A stretch of DNA of 37,485 nt from Octopus bimaculoides (lineage: Eukaryota). The notes below the pieces were generated by a model. It had not been told where the DNA came from and made no database searches. It worked only from the letters and a program-made list of their open reading frames with translations. Of this stretch, positions 12,257-22,819 are shown piece by piece (position 1 is the first letter of the stretch; each line of letters starts with the position of its first letter). Where the stretch lies: the NCBI RefSeq assembly GCF_001194135.2, contig NC_069002.1:32379316-32416800 (forward strand), in the 5' to 3' direction. A program made the translations under genes and the position numbers.

Positions 12257-12690
12257 AATTCTAACTGTCGAAACCCAGAAGCTTGCCCGTTTGACTAGGT
12301 ATGTATGATAAACTCCGTCACATACGTGGTAGAAGTAGCACAACGCTTCAAGAAAACTCAATGAAAAGAGTTACATTGGGTCATGTGAAGGCGATTTTAA
12401 GAGACGTTATGCAAACCACCCATCTACTTTCCGGCACATCGACAAAAGTAATGCAACTAACTTGGCTGGATATGTATGGAATTTCAAGAGCAACTCCCCT
12501 CCACAATTAAGTGGAGAATCATGGAGACACCCAAGTCATATGTTAGCGGATCTGAGAAATGAAACTTATGCATTGCTGAAAGATCTCATTTCCTTCTTAG
12601 ATCCAAGAATCGTACAGCACACTGTCTAATTCGAGATTTGAAATTTTTAGCTGGTGCAAACACATGGACAGGCTTCTTTTGTTGAACCAG
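12257..12690 (+). mobile_element. Penelope-like element (PLE) GIY-YIG endonuclease fossil
   Basis: Across stops and frameshifts: (S)NCRNPEACPF*..NSVTY...KSYIGSCEGDFKRRYANHPSTFRH..SNATNLAGYVWNFK...KWRIMETPKSYVSGSEK*NLCIAE...NSRFEIFSWCKHMDRLLL. This is the PLE Zn-linker, GIY-YIG and CCHH tail pattern. Confidence 0.85.
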
Positions 12691-12951
12691 AGGACACCAC
12701 CCGCTCCCGATTGAGTTGCTGTCACGTAGAATTTAACATATTTTTTGGATCAATAAAATTGTATGTAAACAGGAGTTCTTGAAGTATATCCAGTAAAATA
12801 CACATCCAGACTGTTGCTGACACCAGGTAACCGAATACTGTGAACAGGCTTTAAACAATATGCTATAAGGTGTTTACCAGAATATAAAATCATTACTTTT
12901 ATACACGCACACAGACACAGACACACACACACACGCACACACACACACACG

Positions 12952-13092
12952 ATCTACCCAATCGACTCACAAGGCTTTGGTCGGCCCAAGGCTATAGTAG
13001 GAGACACTTGCCCAAGGTGCCACGCAGTGGGACTGAACCTGGAACTATGTGGTTGGGAAGTAAGCTTCTTACCACAAAGCCACTCCTGCGCC
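12952..13092 (-). mobile_element. SINE family A, 5' half
   Basis: Reverse complement of GGCGCAGGAGTGGCT...GGGCCGACCAAAGCCTTGTGAGT. Confidence 0.9.
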
Positions 13093-13473
13093 TATACACT
13101 AGATAATTCTCTTTTTTGAATTATGCACCCACTCCAATACCCGATAACACAGAATCTACCCTAGACACATTAATCGATATTTTCTCCACTCCGACAACCT
13201 ACCTCCCCACCAACCACCTGTGAACATTAACCCACACTTTTCTACATCCCACCCTAACGATCTAACTTAACTCATACCCCGTATACACCCTTAGTCTACC
13301 CTGTACATACCCGTAACATTGCAGACAACTGAGTCAATGTCACAAAAAATTGAATTCTCCAATATCTTTTTTCAATTTCTTTCTTTTTTGGGTTATATTT
13401 CAAGTAATTTTTTTATGTTTTCTTTAAAGATTTTCTAAAAAAAAACCCAAAAAAAAGACCAAATTATCCTTTG

Positions 13474-13504
<31 letters not shown>

Positions 13505-13663
13505 TTCATTTTTATTTTAATTCTGTCGTTTTCCAAACTTCTGTCAGCTCTTCAATTCTTCACTTCGCGCATCAATGATTCCAACAGTGTGCTCAGCTAA
13601 TTACCTTTACCAACTCACACAGTAATTAACCACACCCGCTCCACTCTCACCAATACCACCACC

Positions 13664-13695
<32 letters not shown>

Positions 13696-14203
13696 CCACG
13701 CACCAACAACTTGTAGACGTCATAGATGACGTCATCGTCATCATCATCATCATCATCACCACCACCACCATCACCACCACCACCACCACCACCACCATCA
13801 TCATCGTCATCATCATCACTAGCATCAGCAGCAGCGCCACCATCACCACTAGCACCGCCCATTTTTGTTTGGTTCCCTACTCACCCCACCCCCACCACGT
13901 TTGCTCAACCTAAACTCTGTTCTGTGTATTTCTTTTTACCTTGTCTCAGATTCCACCTTTCCATTCCATTCTCTCCACCTCCCTCTGTCTTCCTCTCCTA
14001 TTCTCCTTCTCTTTCCGCCTCTCCATCTCCCCCTTCTTGTGTTCAGTTACCCCTCTCTCACCGTCTCCGTCTACCTGACTCTTCCCCCTCCCCTTCTCCC
14101 CTCTCCCTTCCGTCTGTGTGACTGTCTGTCATTCCATGTTTCTAATTAATTGGTTGCCTAATTATTTCCAATATCAGTGTCTGTGTATCTGTATGTTTCT
14201 TTG

Positions 14204-14255
<52 letters not shown>

Positions 14256-14424
14256 GCTATCCATTTGTCAGTCTGTCTGTCTGCCTGCCTGCTTCTCTCT
14301 CTTTCTCTCTCTATCAATGTATCTGGCTGTCTGTGTGCACACAGGCGGTGAGTTACGCGGTGAACATGCGTGTGTACATAATGCATACACACATACGTAT
14401 GTAAGTAGGTGTGTATGTGTGTAT

Positions 14425-14475
<51 letters not shown>

Positions 14476-15464
14476 CAAATACGATACATACATACATACA
14501 TNNNNNNNNNNNNNNNNNNNNNNNNNNNNNNNNNNNNNNNNNNNNNNNNNNNNNNNNNNNNNNNNNNNNNNNNNNNNNNNNNNNNNNNNNNNNNNNNNNN
14601 NNNNNNNNNNNNNNNNNNNNNNNNNNNNNATATATATATATATACCTATATATGTGTGTGTATGTTTGTGGTTACATTGACACAACTATTGAATCAACAC
14701 TATAATTAGCCTCAATCGTTTGTATTATCCATTGTATGAACAATCTCTCCCACTCTCATCCTCCCCTTCAACTTTCCCTTCCCTCTTTCCCCTCCTCCTG
14801 CTTCTCACCACCACCACCACCACCACCAAGGCAATTTGCATGACATTCTACGTATTTTACTCACAACTGCGAACGTCACGTTATGTTCATTCACAAAACA
14901 CCTCTATCTACGTCTCTAGTCATCCGCTCTCCCATTTAGATAATACTTAGCTGATGAGGTCTTATAAAGCCGGATTATGTACAGAGTTGTCATCCTTACT
15001 GATAAAGGCCAGAATCATTCTCCATTGTATTCTATGTATATTGAAGTGTAATTTCTTGGACAGAACACTGAGGGTCCCAGAAAAACAGTTCTGCAAAATT
15101 CTTGCTGACTATTCTGCACAGATATTTTGTCTTTAAATATATTTTCGGTGGGAAAATTTCCCACAGGGAATTTCACTGTACAAGACGCTCAAAAACTAGA
15201 TCAATTATTTTAAAGAAATTACCTTTCTCTAATCTGTAGTTAAGTTAATGAAGATGTCATTCTAACAAAACGGATAATTGTTTTTTCTTTTCCGTTTGGC
15301 AATTTATTATATTTTTATGGCGGAGTTTCTCACGGCAAAAATATTTAGGTTGAAATTTCCTGTAACTTAATGAAATGTCTGTGCTGTACATTAACTCATC
15401 CCCTCTATAAGATCGACGTTGCCTGCACAAGTCCACCGTGTACCGCATGTCAGATGTCACCAGT

Positions 15465-15620
15465 CAAATCACCCTCAAATCACGCCATGTTTTATAAAAG
15501 CTAGGAAATAGAGTCCAACATGATACTAGATATAAACATGGCAGGGCCATCACGGTCGAAACTTCTGTGATCTTAGGTCTCCTTGATCTGGGCTATCCAG
15601 GGGTTAAACAACAACACCAG
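15465..15620 (+). repeat. Degraded dispersed repeat (SINE-like 3' region); related fragments near 23950-24030, 31010-31090 and 37030-37160
   Basis: Shared motifs (GAAATAGYAGCCA; TTGATCRTWGGTCT; GGGCTAAAYAAC-like) are seen between the fragments at high divergence. Confidence 0.4.
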
Positions 15621-15734
15621 AGGCCTTTATTAATACTACCATACCATTGGTTCTGTCATCAATATTCCTACCAATGACGTCGTCATCGTCGTCGTCGTCA
15701 TCGTCGTCGTCGTCACCATCGCTAATATTATTAT

Positions 15735-15803
<69 letters not shown>

Positions 15804-15832
15804 TATAATAATAATAATAATAATAATAATTA

Positions 15833-15874
15833 TTATTATTATTATTATGCCCGTGGGCATAATAATAATAATAA
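15833..15874. repeat. 20-bp-arm hairpin (TTA)n-TGCCC-GT-GGGCA-(TAA)n at the 5' junction of a SINE
   Basis: TTATTATTATTATTATGCCC GT GGGCATAATAATAATAATAA. It contains CCCGTGGGCAT, which recurs as CCCGTGGACAT at the SINE start (15875). Confidence 0.8.
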
Positions 15875-15956
15875 CCCGTGGACATATGGCGTAGTGGTTA
15901 AGAGCGCAGGCTACTAACTCCAAGATTCCGAGTTCGATTCCAGACAGTGACCTGAA

Positions 15957-15988
<32 letters not shown>

Positions 15989-16125
15989 CTAGTAATCACA
16001 CATATGGTTGTGATGCATGTGCCTGGTGTACCTTTATCAGACGGGTAGTCAAGATGGGTATATTGGGCTTCGTATATTTTACCCCAGTGTCACTTTGATG
16101 GCATGCACTGCTTTCTCACTCAATG

Positions 16126-16159
<34 letters not shown>

Positions 16160-16292
16160 CATTGAAAAATACGTTAGGAATGAGAACCCAGGTTCGAAAT
16201 TTCCCCAAAACACCTGATAAAGGCTGGAGGGTATATCAACCGAAACGTTGTGTTAACAACAAACGAGAGGAGGACAATTATCCGTCAAATGT
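15875..16292 (+). mobile_element. tRNA-headed SINE-like element with a PLE-type hammerhead tail, interrupted by a 3'-end fragment of another retroelement (about 15997-16152)
   Basis: A box TGGCGTAGTGG and B box GAGTTCGATTCC (15875-15950), an (AGT)n linker, an insert ending in (AAT)n whose end recurs at 19171-19250, then a tail with a hammerhead motif. Confidence 0.7.
16209..16254 (+). ncRNA. Minimal type-I hammerhead ribozyme motif (this copy mutated)
   Basis: Stem I AACAC/GTGTT; core CTGATAA (G8>A); extra A; stem II GGCTG/CAACC (1 mismatch); GAAA; palindromic stem III ACGT; GTT triplet. Confidence 0.65.
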
Positions 16293-16317
16293 AAATAATG
16301 TATCATTATTATTATTA

Positions 16318-16386
<69 letters not shown>

Positions 16387-17347
16387 GCTTCAAGAGCAGC
16401 AGGAGCACCAACACCACCACCACCATCACCATCACAAGGAAGCACCAACACCACCATCGTGAAAACTACAACAAATGCACCAGACACCACAAACACTGTC
16501 AACAAAAACCCTTACACTGATCCCACCACCACCACCACCAGCGCCGAAACCACAACAATCAGCACCACTGCCTCAACCATCGCAGTCATTGCCAAAAAAA
16601 ATCACCATTACAACCACCACCACCACCACCACCACCNNNNNNNNNNNNNNNNNNNNNNNNNNNNNNNNNNNNNNNNNNNNNNNNNNNNNNNNNNNNNNNN
16701 NNNNNNNNNNNNNNNNNNNNNNNNNNNNNNNNNNNNNNNNNNNNNNNNNNNNNNNNNNNNNNNNNNNNNNNNNNNNNNNNNNNNNNNNNNNNNNNNNNNN
16801 NNNNNNNNNNNNNNNNNNNNNNNNNNNNNNNNNNNNNNNNNNNNNNNNNNNNNNNNNNNNNNNNNNNNNNNNNNNNNNNNNNNNNNNNNNNNNNNNNNNN
16901 NNNNNNNNNNNNNNNNNNNNNNNNNNNNNNNNNNNNNNNNNNNNNNNNNNNNNNNNNNNNNNNNNNNNNNNNNNNNNNNNNNNNNNNNNNNNNNNNNNNN
17001 NNNNNNNNNNNNNNNNNNNNNNNNNNNNNNNNNNNNNNNNNNNNNNNNNNNNNNNNNNNNNNNNNNNNNNNNNNNNNNNNNNNNNNNNNNNNNNNNNNNN
17101 NNNNNNNNNNNNNNNNNNNNNNNNNNNNNNNNNNNNNNNNNTATGGGTATATATATATATATATATATATGTATATTTGCACACGCATGCATATATCTAT
17201 ACACATACATGCACTCACACACATATACATACGCACACATATATGTATATATATATATATATGTCTATGTGGGGATGTTGGTGTATGTGTATCGGTGTAG
17301 TTTGCATTTGAATACGAAAGTATTTCTGTGTCTATCTATCTATGTGA

Positions 17348-17380
<33 letters not shown>

Positions 17381-17384
17381 CATG

Positions 17385-17432
<48 letters not shown>

Positions 17433-17614
17433 AAAAATTCGCAGTCGGAGTCAATGACCGCATAAAACAAAGTTCAACAAACTCGATCCACCAACAAGAA
17501 ACCAAACAGACAAGTGAGATGAATGCGATTTCAACCGCAGACACTCTTCTTTCCGATGTTGTGCACATCTCACATTTGTTCGAATCATTGTGTATACACA
17601 CACACACATACATG

Positions 17615-19173
17615 CTAATTGCTCGTTCTTCACAGATGATTGACTTGGTTACAATGTCTGATCGATTGGAGTCATGTTTGTATTGGGAAGTTCGAAAGGA
17701 TGGTGACGACCTCGCCATTCACTACATCCTCTGGTTGGTGCCTGTACCATTTATCATGGGATTCAATTTTGTAGTATTTACAAGTATTCCAGTGAATGTA
17801 CTGCCCTAGTCTGTCATGTCTTATGAGTTACTCCTTTTCAGCGAGAACTGGGCAGCCAGAAGCAACATGATCAATTGTCTCTGTGAATTATCCGCAAATT
17901 CTCCACGTGGGGTCAGATCCATCTTTAAGGACATTTGCATGCTAATTTCTGGCAGGTAAGCTTTGACCTTACGCTGCAAAAACAACCTTCTGTTTCACCT
18001 TTACAGACCTGTCTCTTGTTGTCATTGGTGTGTTACATTTCCAGTTATCTTCGATATAATTCATGCAAGCCTTTTTTGCTTTTTGTTTGATATTGTTTGC
18101 ATTAATGATAGCTCTGTCACTATTTGTATCTCTTCGGTCTTTCTGATTGTTAATTTCTAAATCAGGAGAAGCAACGGTAGTTCTGTGAGCATTTGGGTGT
18201 CTTTGGTCATTCTTATTGTTAACTTATAGGTCAAGAGACTTTTAAAATTTCTTACTAAGCTTCATGACCGAAACTTGCTTGGAATCTTCATGCTTCAGTG
18301 CAGTTCCTAAGAGCACATTACTTGTTGTATAAAGGATTATTCGAGCTGTATCAGGCCTCTTCCACCTATTTTTCTTGGGAGATAAATCCTGTCTACTTCT
18401 GATTTTGGATGGTGCATTCGGTATCTTGTAAAAAATTTACGGATCTTTCCGTCCATATTCTGCATGTCAGTGAAACTCCACTTAATGATATCAAAGCTCT
18501 ATGTGGTTATTGGTATGGAGGCGCAATGGCCCAGTGGTTAGGGCAGCGGACTCGCAGTCATAGGATCGAGGCTCCGGCAGGGGATGGTGGTGAATCCTGC
18601 TGTACTCTTTCACCACAACTTTCTCTCACTCTTACTTCCTGTTTCTGTTGTACCTGTATTTCAAAGGGTCAGCCTTGTCACTCTGTGTCACGCTGATTAT
18701 CCCCGAGAACTACGTTAAGGGTACACGTGTCTGCGGAGTGCTCAGCCACTTGCACGTTAATTCCACGAGCAAGCTGTTCCGTTGATTGGATCAACTGGAA
18801 CCCCCGACGTCGTAAGCGATGGAGTGCCAACAACAACAACAATGTGGTTATTGGTATGGCCAAAGAATTGCTCGCATTAATTCTGTTAGCAGCATTTAAT
18901 TCTGAGTTTAGGACCATTCTTACCCTTCCGTAGAATTCTTTGCGGTTTTTTTCTTTAGCGTGTTGGATACCATCAACTTCATTGGTTCCCAGATATTTGT
19001 ATACTTCGGATTGGTCTCGGTTTCGAATAGCTGTGGTAGTATCAAGTTCTATGTTTTCTGCCTTTATGAACTTCCCTGCCTTGAAAGTAACCATCGCACA
19101 TTTATCAAGTCAGAATTCCATGCCTATACCAGAGCTGAATTCTTTGACAATATTAAGGAGCTCTTCTAATTCT
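17615..19173 (-). mobile_element. 5'-truncated R4/Dong-like LINE fragment (RT C-terminus, CCHC knuckle, start of RLE), split by a SINE
   Basis: IVKEFSSGIGMEF*LDKCA; YKYLG; AIPITT*SFDIIKW...HHPKSEVDRIYLPRKIGGRGL; DPT(W)RICG*FTETIDHVASGC...RHD..GQYIHW; NRSDIV. It has many stops. Confidence 0.9.
18516..18841 (+). mobile_element. tRNA-derived SINE family C with a 15-18 bp TSD and a 64-bp deletion covering the B box
   Basis: TSD ATGTGGTTATTGGTA(TGG) at 18501 and 18842; (CAA)n tail; collinear with 31105-31490. Confidence 0.95.
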
Positions 19174-19208
19174 TTGTCACTTTGATGGCATGCACTGCTC
19201 TCTCACTC

Positions 19209-19250
<42 letters not shown>
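19171..19250 (+). mobile_element. Short 5'-truncated retroelement 3' end with (AAT)n tail
   Basis: GTCACTTTGATGGCATGCACTGCTCTCTCACTCAAT is near-identical to 16089-16125. Confidence 0.75.
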
Positions 19251-19252
<2 letters not shown>

Positions 19253-19261
19253 ATTAAACTA

Positions 19262-19440
19262 TAGGCACAAGGCCTGATATCTTGGGGGCCGGGGCGATTT
19301 TTTCGATTACATCGATCTCAGTGCTAAATTAATAATAATTTTGTCAACTCAGAAAGGTTGCAACTCAAAGCCGACCTTGGGAGTGTTTGAACTCAAAACA
19401 TAATGGCGCTAAGCATTTTGCCCGATTCATTAACGATTCT
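19262..19440 (-). mobile_element. SINE family B, degraded
   Basis: GGCACAAGGCC...GATTACATCGA...TTTGAACTCA...GCTAAGCATTTTGCCC...TAACGATTCT. Confidence 0.75.
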
Positions 19441-19963
19441 TTCAAGGTTAAAAAAACTACGAACAGTTCGTGTTGAAACAACGTTATTTACGTTTCAGAT
19501 GAAACACCAAAGATTTTTTGTTTTTTTCTCTCAGCAAATAAATCCTAAATAAAATGAAAAGCAAGTTTTCCTAGATGACAAATCGCCAAACACTTGCAAC
19601 CGGAAATTCTTATTAAAATAGATTTGGCTGTAATTCGATCTGGTCAAGTAAAGATTAGTTAAGAAAAGACAAGCAATCAGTTAGTCTTAGTAGAGAACTG
19701 CAATTTAATAAGCATCAAAATGAACAGCGCAAACACAATAATTTCAAAGATATTTGATGAATCCAATTTTCAATACTAATTTAATTTCCTGTTTATTATG
19801 CATTAAATCGTCATTTATTTATAAGATATCAATCCCTGGAGCAAGATTTATATGTTCTAATGAGGTCTCATTTCGGTTCAACATGATAAAAGTTTCAGCG
19901 TGGTCATTATACGATGTTGCTCTGAGATATCGTTAACCAAAATACGTCAGAAGTTTGAAATGG

Positions 19964-20031
<68 letters not shown>

Positions 20032-20399
20032 TTTGTAGTAGTAGTTGTAATAAGTATAGTAATTTTTCTTCTTATATGTATGTATGTATGTATGTATGTG
20101 TCTATGAGTGTGTATGTATGCGTGTGTGTGTGTGTGTGCATGTATGTATGTATGTATGTGTATAAGTGTGTATGTATTTATGTATGTATGTATGTGTGTA
20201 TATGTATGTATGTATGTATGTATGTGTGTGTGTGTAAGTATGTATGTATGTATGTGTGTCATTGTATGTCTGTATGTATGTGTGTATGTATGTATATATG
20301 TATATATATATGTGTGTGTATATGTATGTACATATGTATATGTGTGTGAGTATATATGTATGTATGTATGTACACTCACGCACAGACTAAGGGAAGCCC

Positions 20400-21640
20400 A
20401 AAATTACACATATTTTCGCCAAAGCTTTCTTTAAATTGGCCCCCACCACTTCCTTCAACGATCGCATGATAAAAGGCCGTACTTTTGCGGTTACGTAACT
20501 GAGGTTCTCTCACGATCGCTTCAATTTTCTTTCTTTTGTGCATCATAGAAGAGCAGAAATAAGTGTTCCAATTTCTCTGGCCTGAAGGTCTGTTTGGGGC
20601 TGAAATTCATTGCAGGTTTCTAGTAAAATACGGGCAGAGGGCCCTGCCGTATAGAAGTGTGTATGAATGGATCGAGAAGTTTAAAAATGGACGGATAAGC
20701 ATGAAGCACGAAGAGAGAGGAAGACTTCCATAATCCTCCACCACTGACGTGAATATTCAGCTAGCTCGAGAGATGGGTCTGTCGAATGCAGGAGTAACCA
20801 TCGATCAGGTGGCGTATTCTCTGCGAATTAGTCTGGGTTCTGCATACGAAACCATCCATGGCAGGCTTCGTTTCCGCGAGAGCTTACTAAAGCGCATAAC
20901 AGCAATCGCGTGGAGATCTGTCAACGCTTACTCGACCGCTACAACGATGAGCGCGAATCTTTTTTGGAAAGAATAGTCATTGGAGATAGACCTGGATCCA
21001 TCGCTTTGAGCGAGAATACGCAAGACAGCTTATGGAGTGAAGATAACCTGAATGGCCAGTGAATAAGAAAATGTAGACTCAGACTTCCGCAGAAAAAGGG
21101 ACGCTAACAGTTTTTTGGGACGCGAGAGGGCCTATATTGGAACATTAACTGGAAAAGGGGTCTGCAGCCACTCGTGTAGCAACAGTTTAATAATGGTCAA
21201 AAAGCTGAAACTAGTAATTTGCACCAAACGACGAGGTCTATTGTCAAATCAATTATTATTGTCTCGGCAACGCAAGTCGAAATTCGATCGCTGGCATCGT
21301 TGAAACCATTAAAAGAATTGTGTTTCGAGTTACTGGGACAACCTTCTTACTGTCCAGATCTCATCTCATCAAAACTATCACATCTTCAGCCTGCACAGAC
21401 ATACTTTACTAGGTTTTCAATTTTCTGCGTACGAAGAAATCCGTGAAACGGTTCATAAATGGCTACGCGACGAGCCGAAATCATTCTTCGATGGAATAAG
21501 AACGTTTATGAACTGATTGAAGAAGAATGTCAAAAGGCAGAAAGACTAACTGTATCGAAAAGTGTTGGAATTGTTCAATCCATGCTTTTGTTTTAATAAA
21601 TTACAGAAACAAGTGTACGTACACTAATTGACTGCTCGTC
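20400..21640 (+). mobile_element. Mariner-family DNA transposon fossil (transposase remnant about 20539-21562)
   Basis: EEQK*VFQFL..EG...EIH...YG...VYEWIEKFKNGR.S (HTH); RIVIGD (first catalytic D); LTVFWDARG; QPSYCPDL (YSPDL motif). The WVP region is deleted and there are many stops. TIRs were not resolved. Confidence 0.9.
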
Positions 21641-21671
21641 AGATATGCATGCATGTATGTATGTTTATATA

Positions 21672-21705
<34 letters not shown>

Positions 21706-21715
21706 NNNNNNNNNN

Positions 21716-21865
21716 TAAATTGTTAATCCCAAAAATAACAACAAAACTGAAATAATTTTGCGGCTGAGGATAGCTTTACATTGTAAATTATACACATATA
21801 AAGCTTGAAACACGTGTACCGCGGAATCCTTTGTAGTTTTGTTGTTATTTTTGGGATTTACAATT

Positions 21866-21867
<2 letters not shown>
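21716..21867 (+). mobile_element. 152-bp element with 33-bp terminal inverted repeats enclosing a hammerhead motif
   Basis: TAAATTGTTAATCCCAAAAATAACAACAAAACT (21716-21748) versus AGTTTTGTTGTTATTTTTGGGATTTACAATTTA (21835-21867), 1 mismatch. It sits in (TA)n-type sequence; the left flank is a 10-N gap. Confidence 0.85.
21756..21826 (+). ncRNA. Type-I hammerhead ribozyme motif, near-canonical
   Basis: Stem I TTTTGCGG/CCGCGGAA (8 bp, 2 G-U); core CTGAGGA (21764-21770); stem II AGCTTTA/TAAAGCT plus an inner TGTA/TACA hairpin; GAAA (21807-21810); stem III palindrome ACACGTGT; GTA cleavage after 21818. The only deviation is U-U at 10.1/11.1. Confidence 0.8.
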
Positions 21868-21900
<33 letters not shown>

Positions 21901-22573
21901 ATAAGTGGTAAAGCACGTAACTCTCGGCACTTGAGTAACTCTGTTGCTTCGGCTCAATATTAATAACAACAACAAAAACGATAATAATAATAGAAAGCAT
22001 ACTTATTTATGTGTATGTATGCATATATATATATAACTGTATACGTACATGTTAGTATTTTTGTGTTTGTTTGTGTATGTGTGCGTATGTGTGTCTGCGT
22101 CTGTGTGTGTGTGTGTGTGTGTGTGAGTTTCTTATGGTTTGAGTAATCACTTGAAGATGGTTAGAGAATGAACCGACTGAAAAACCGTTGAAAAGGAACT
22201 AAAATGGATAAATGGCAGGTAAATGTTCCTGAAATGTGAAATTATTTTATTCTATTTTTATTTTTGTAATAAACGTAGATAAGTAAAAGTGTAAGACTTA
22301 CTTTATAACTGGTATTGTGTGCCGGTAGGACAAATAGATGTTGACAACGACATATATAACTTTGTGGTGAGGCAATGATCAGAGTTCAATACTGGTGAAC
22401 TGCAGTAAATATTGAAGCCAAGGGCTGTGTAAATTGAAATATGTTGTAGGATTTAAGAAGAATTCTTATATGGTTATTTTTCGTATCAGCTTCTGAATAG
22501 TATCAACTGAAAAGAGAATAAAATAAAGAATAGAATTAGTTCTTTTGTTTTCAATTTTATAATTAGTTTAGTC

Positions 22574-22819
22574 CAGAGGTTCTCAAGCAGGGTCCTTATG
22601 ACTTTTGGGGGGGTCCCTATAAAATTTTGCCTTGTAAAATTTACGAGCAATAAATTTGTTACATTTCTACAATGCATAAAATATTTTGACAATTTTTGTA
22701 CAATTCGTAATAATATTTGATTACAAAAATATAATAGTTTTATTTTTAACAAGGGTATCCATTAGAGTGAAATAGGGAACAAAGAAGTCTATAGGAAAAA
22801 ACATTGTTGAGAACTCCTG
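22574..22819. mobile_element. hAT (Charlie/MER-like) MITE, 246 bp
   Basis: TIRs CAGAGGTTCTCAA / TTGAGAACTCCTG. The 8-bp flanks GTTTAGTC / GTTCAGAC match at 6 of 8 and resemble the NTCTAGAN target of Charlie elements. Confidence 0.8.

Noticed and set aside
13605-13660. Minus-strand donor AAAG|GTAATT as an additional UTR exon
   Set aside because: There is no convincing acceptor, and the upstream sequence is GGT/GAT low complexity.
14945-15092. Hammerhead-like strings CTGATGA-GGT..GCC-GGAT and CTGAGGG-TCCCA-GAAA
   Set aside because: The first lacks GAAA and stem I. The second has no usable stem II or cleavage triplet.
22145-22195. TTGAAGA-T-GGTT..AACC-GACT, a possible hammerhead relic
   Set aside because: Both the core and GAAA are disrupted, so it cannot be told apart from chance.
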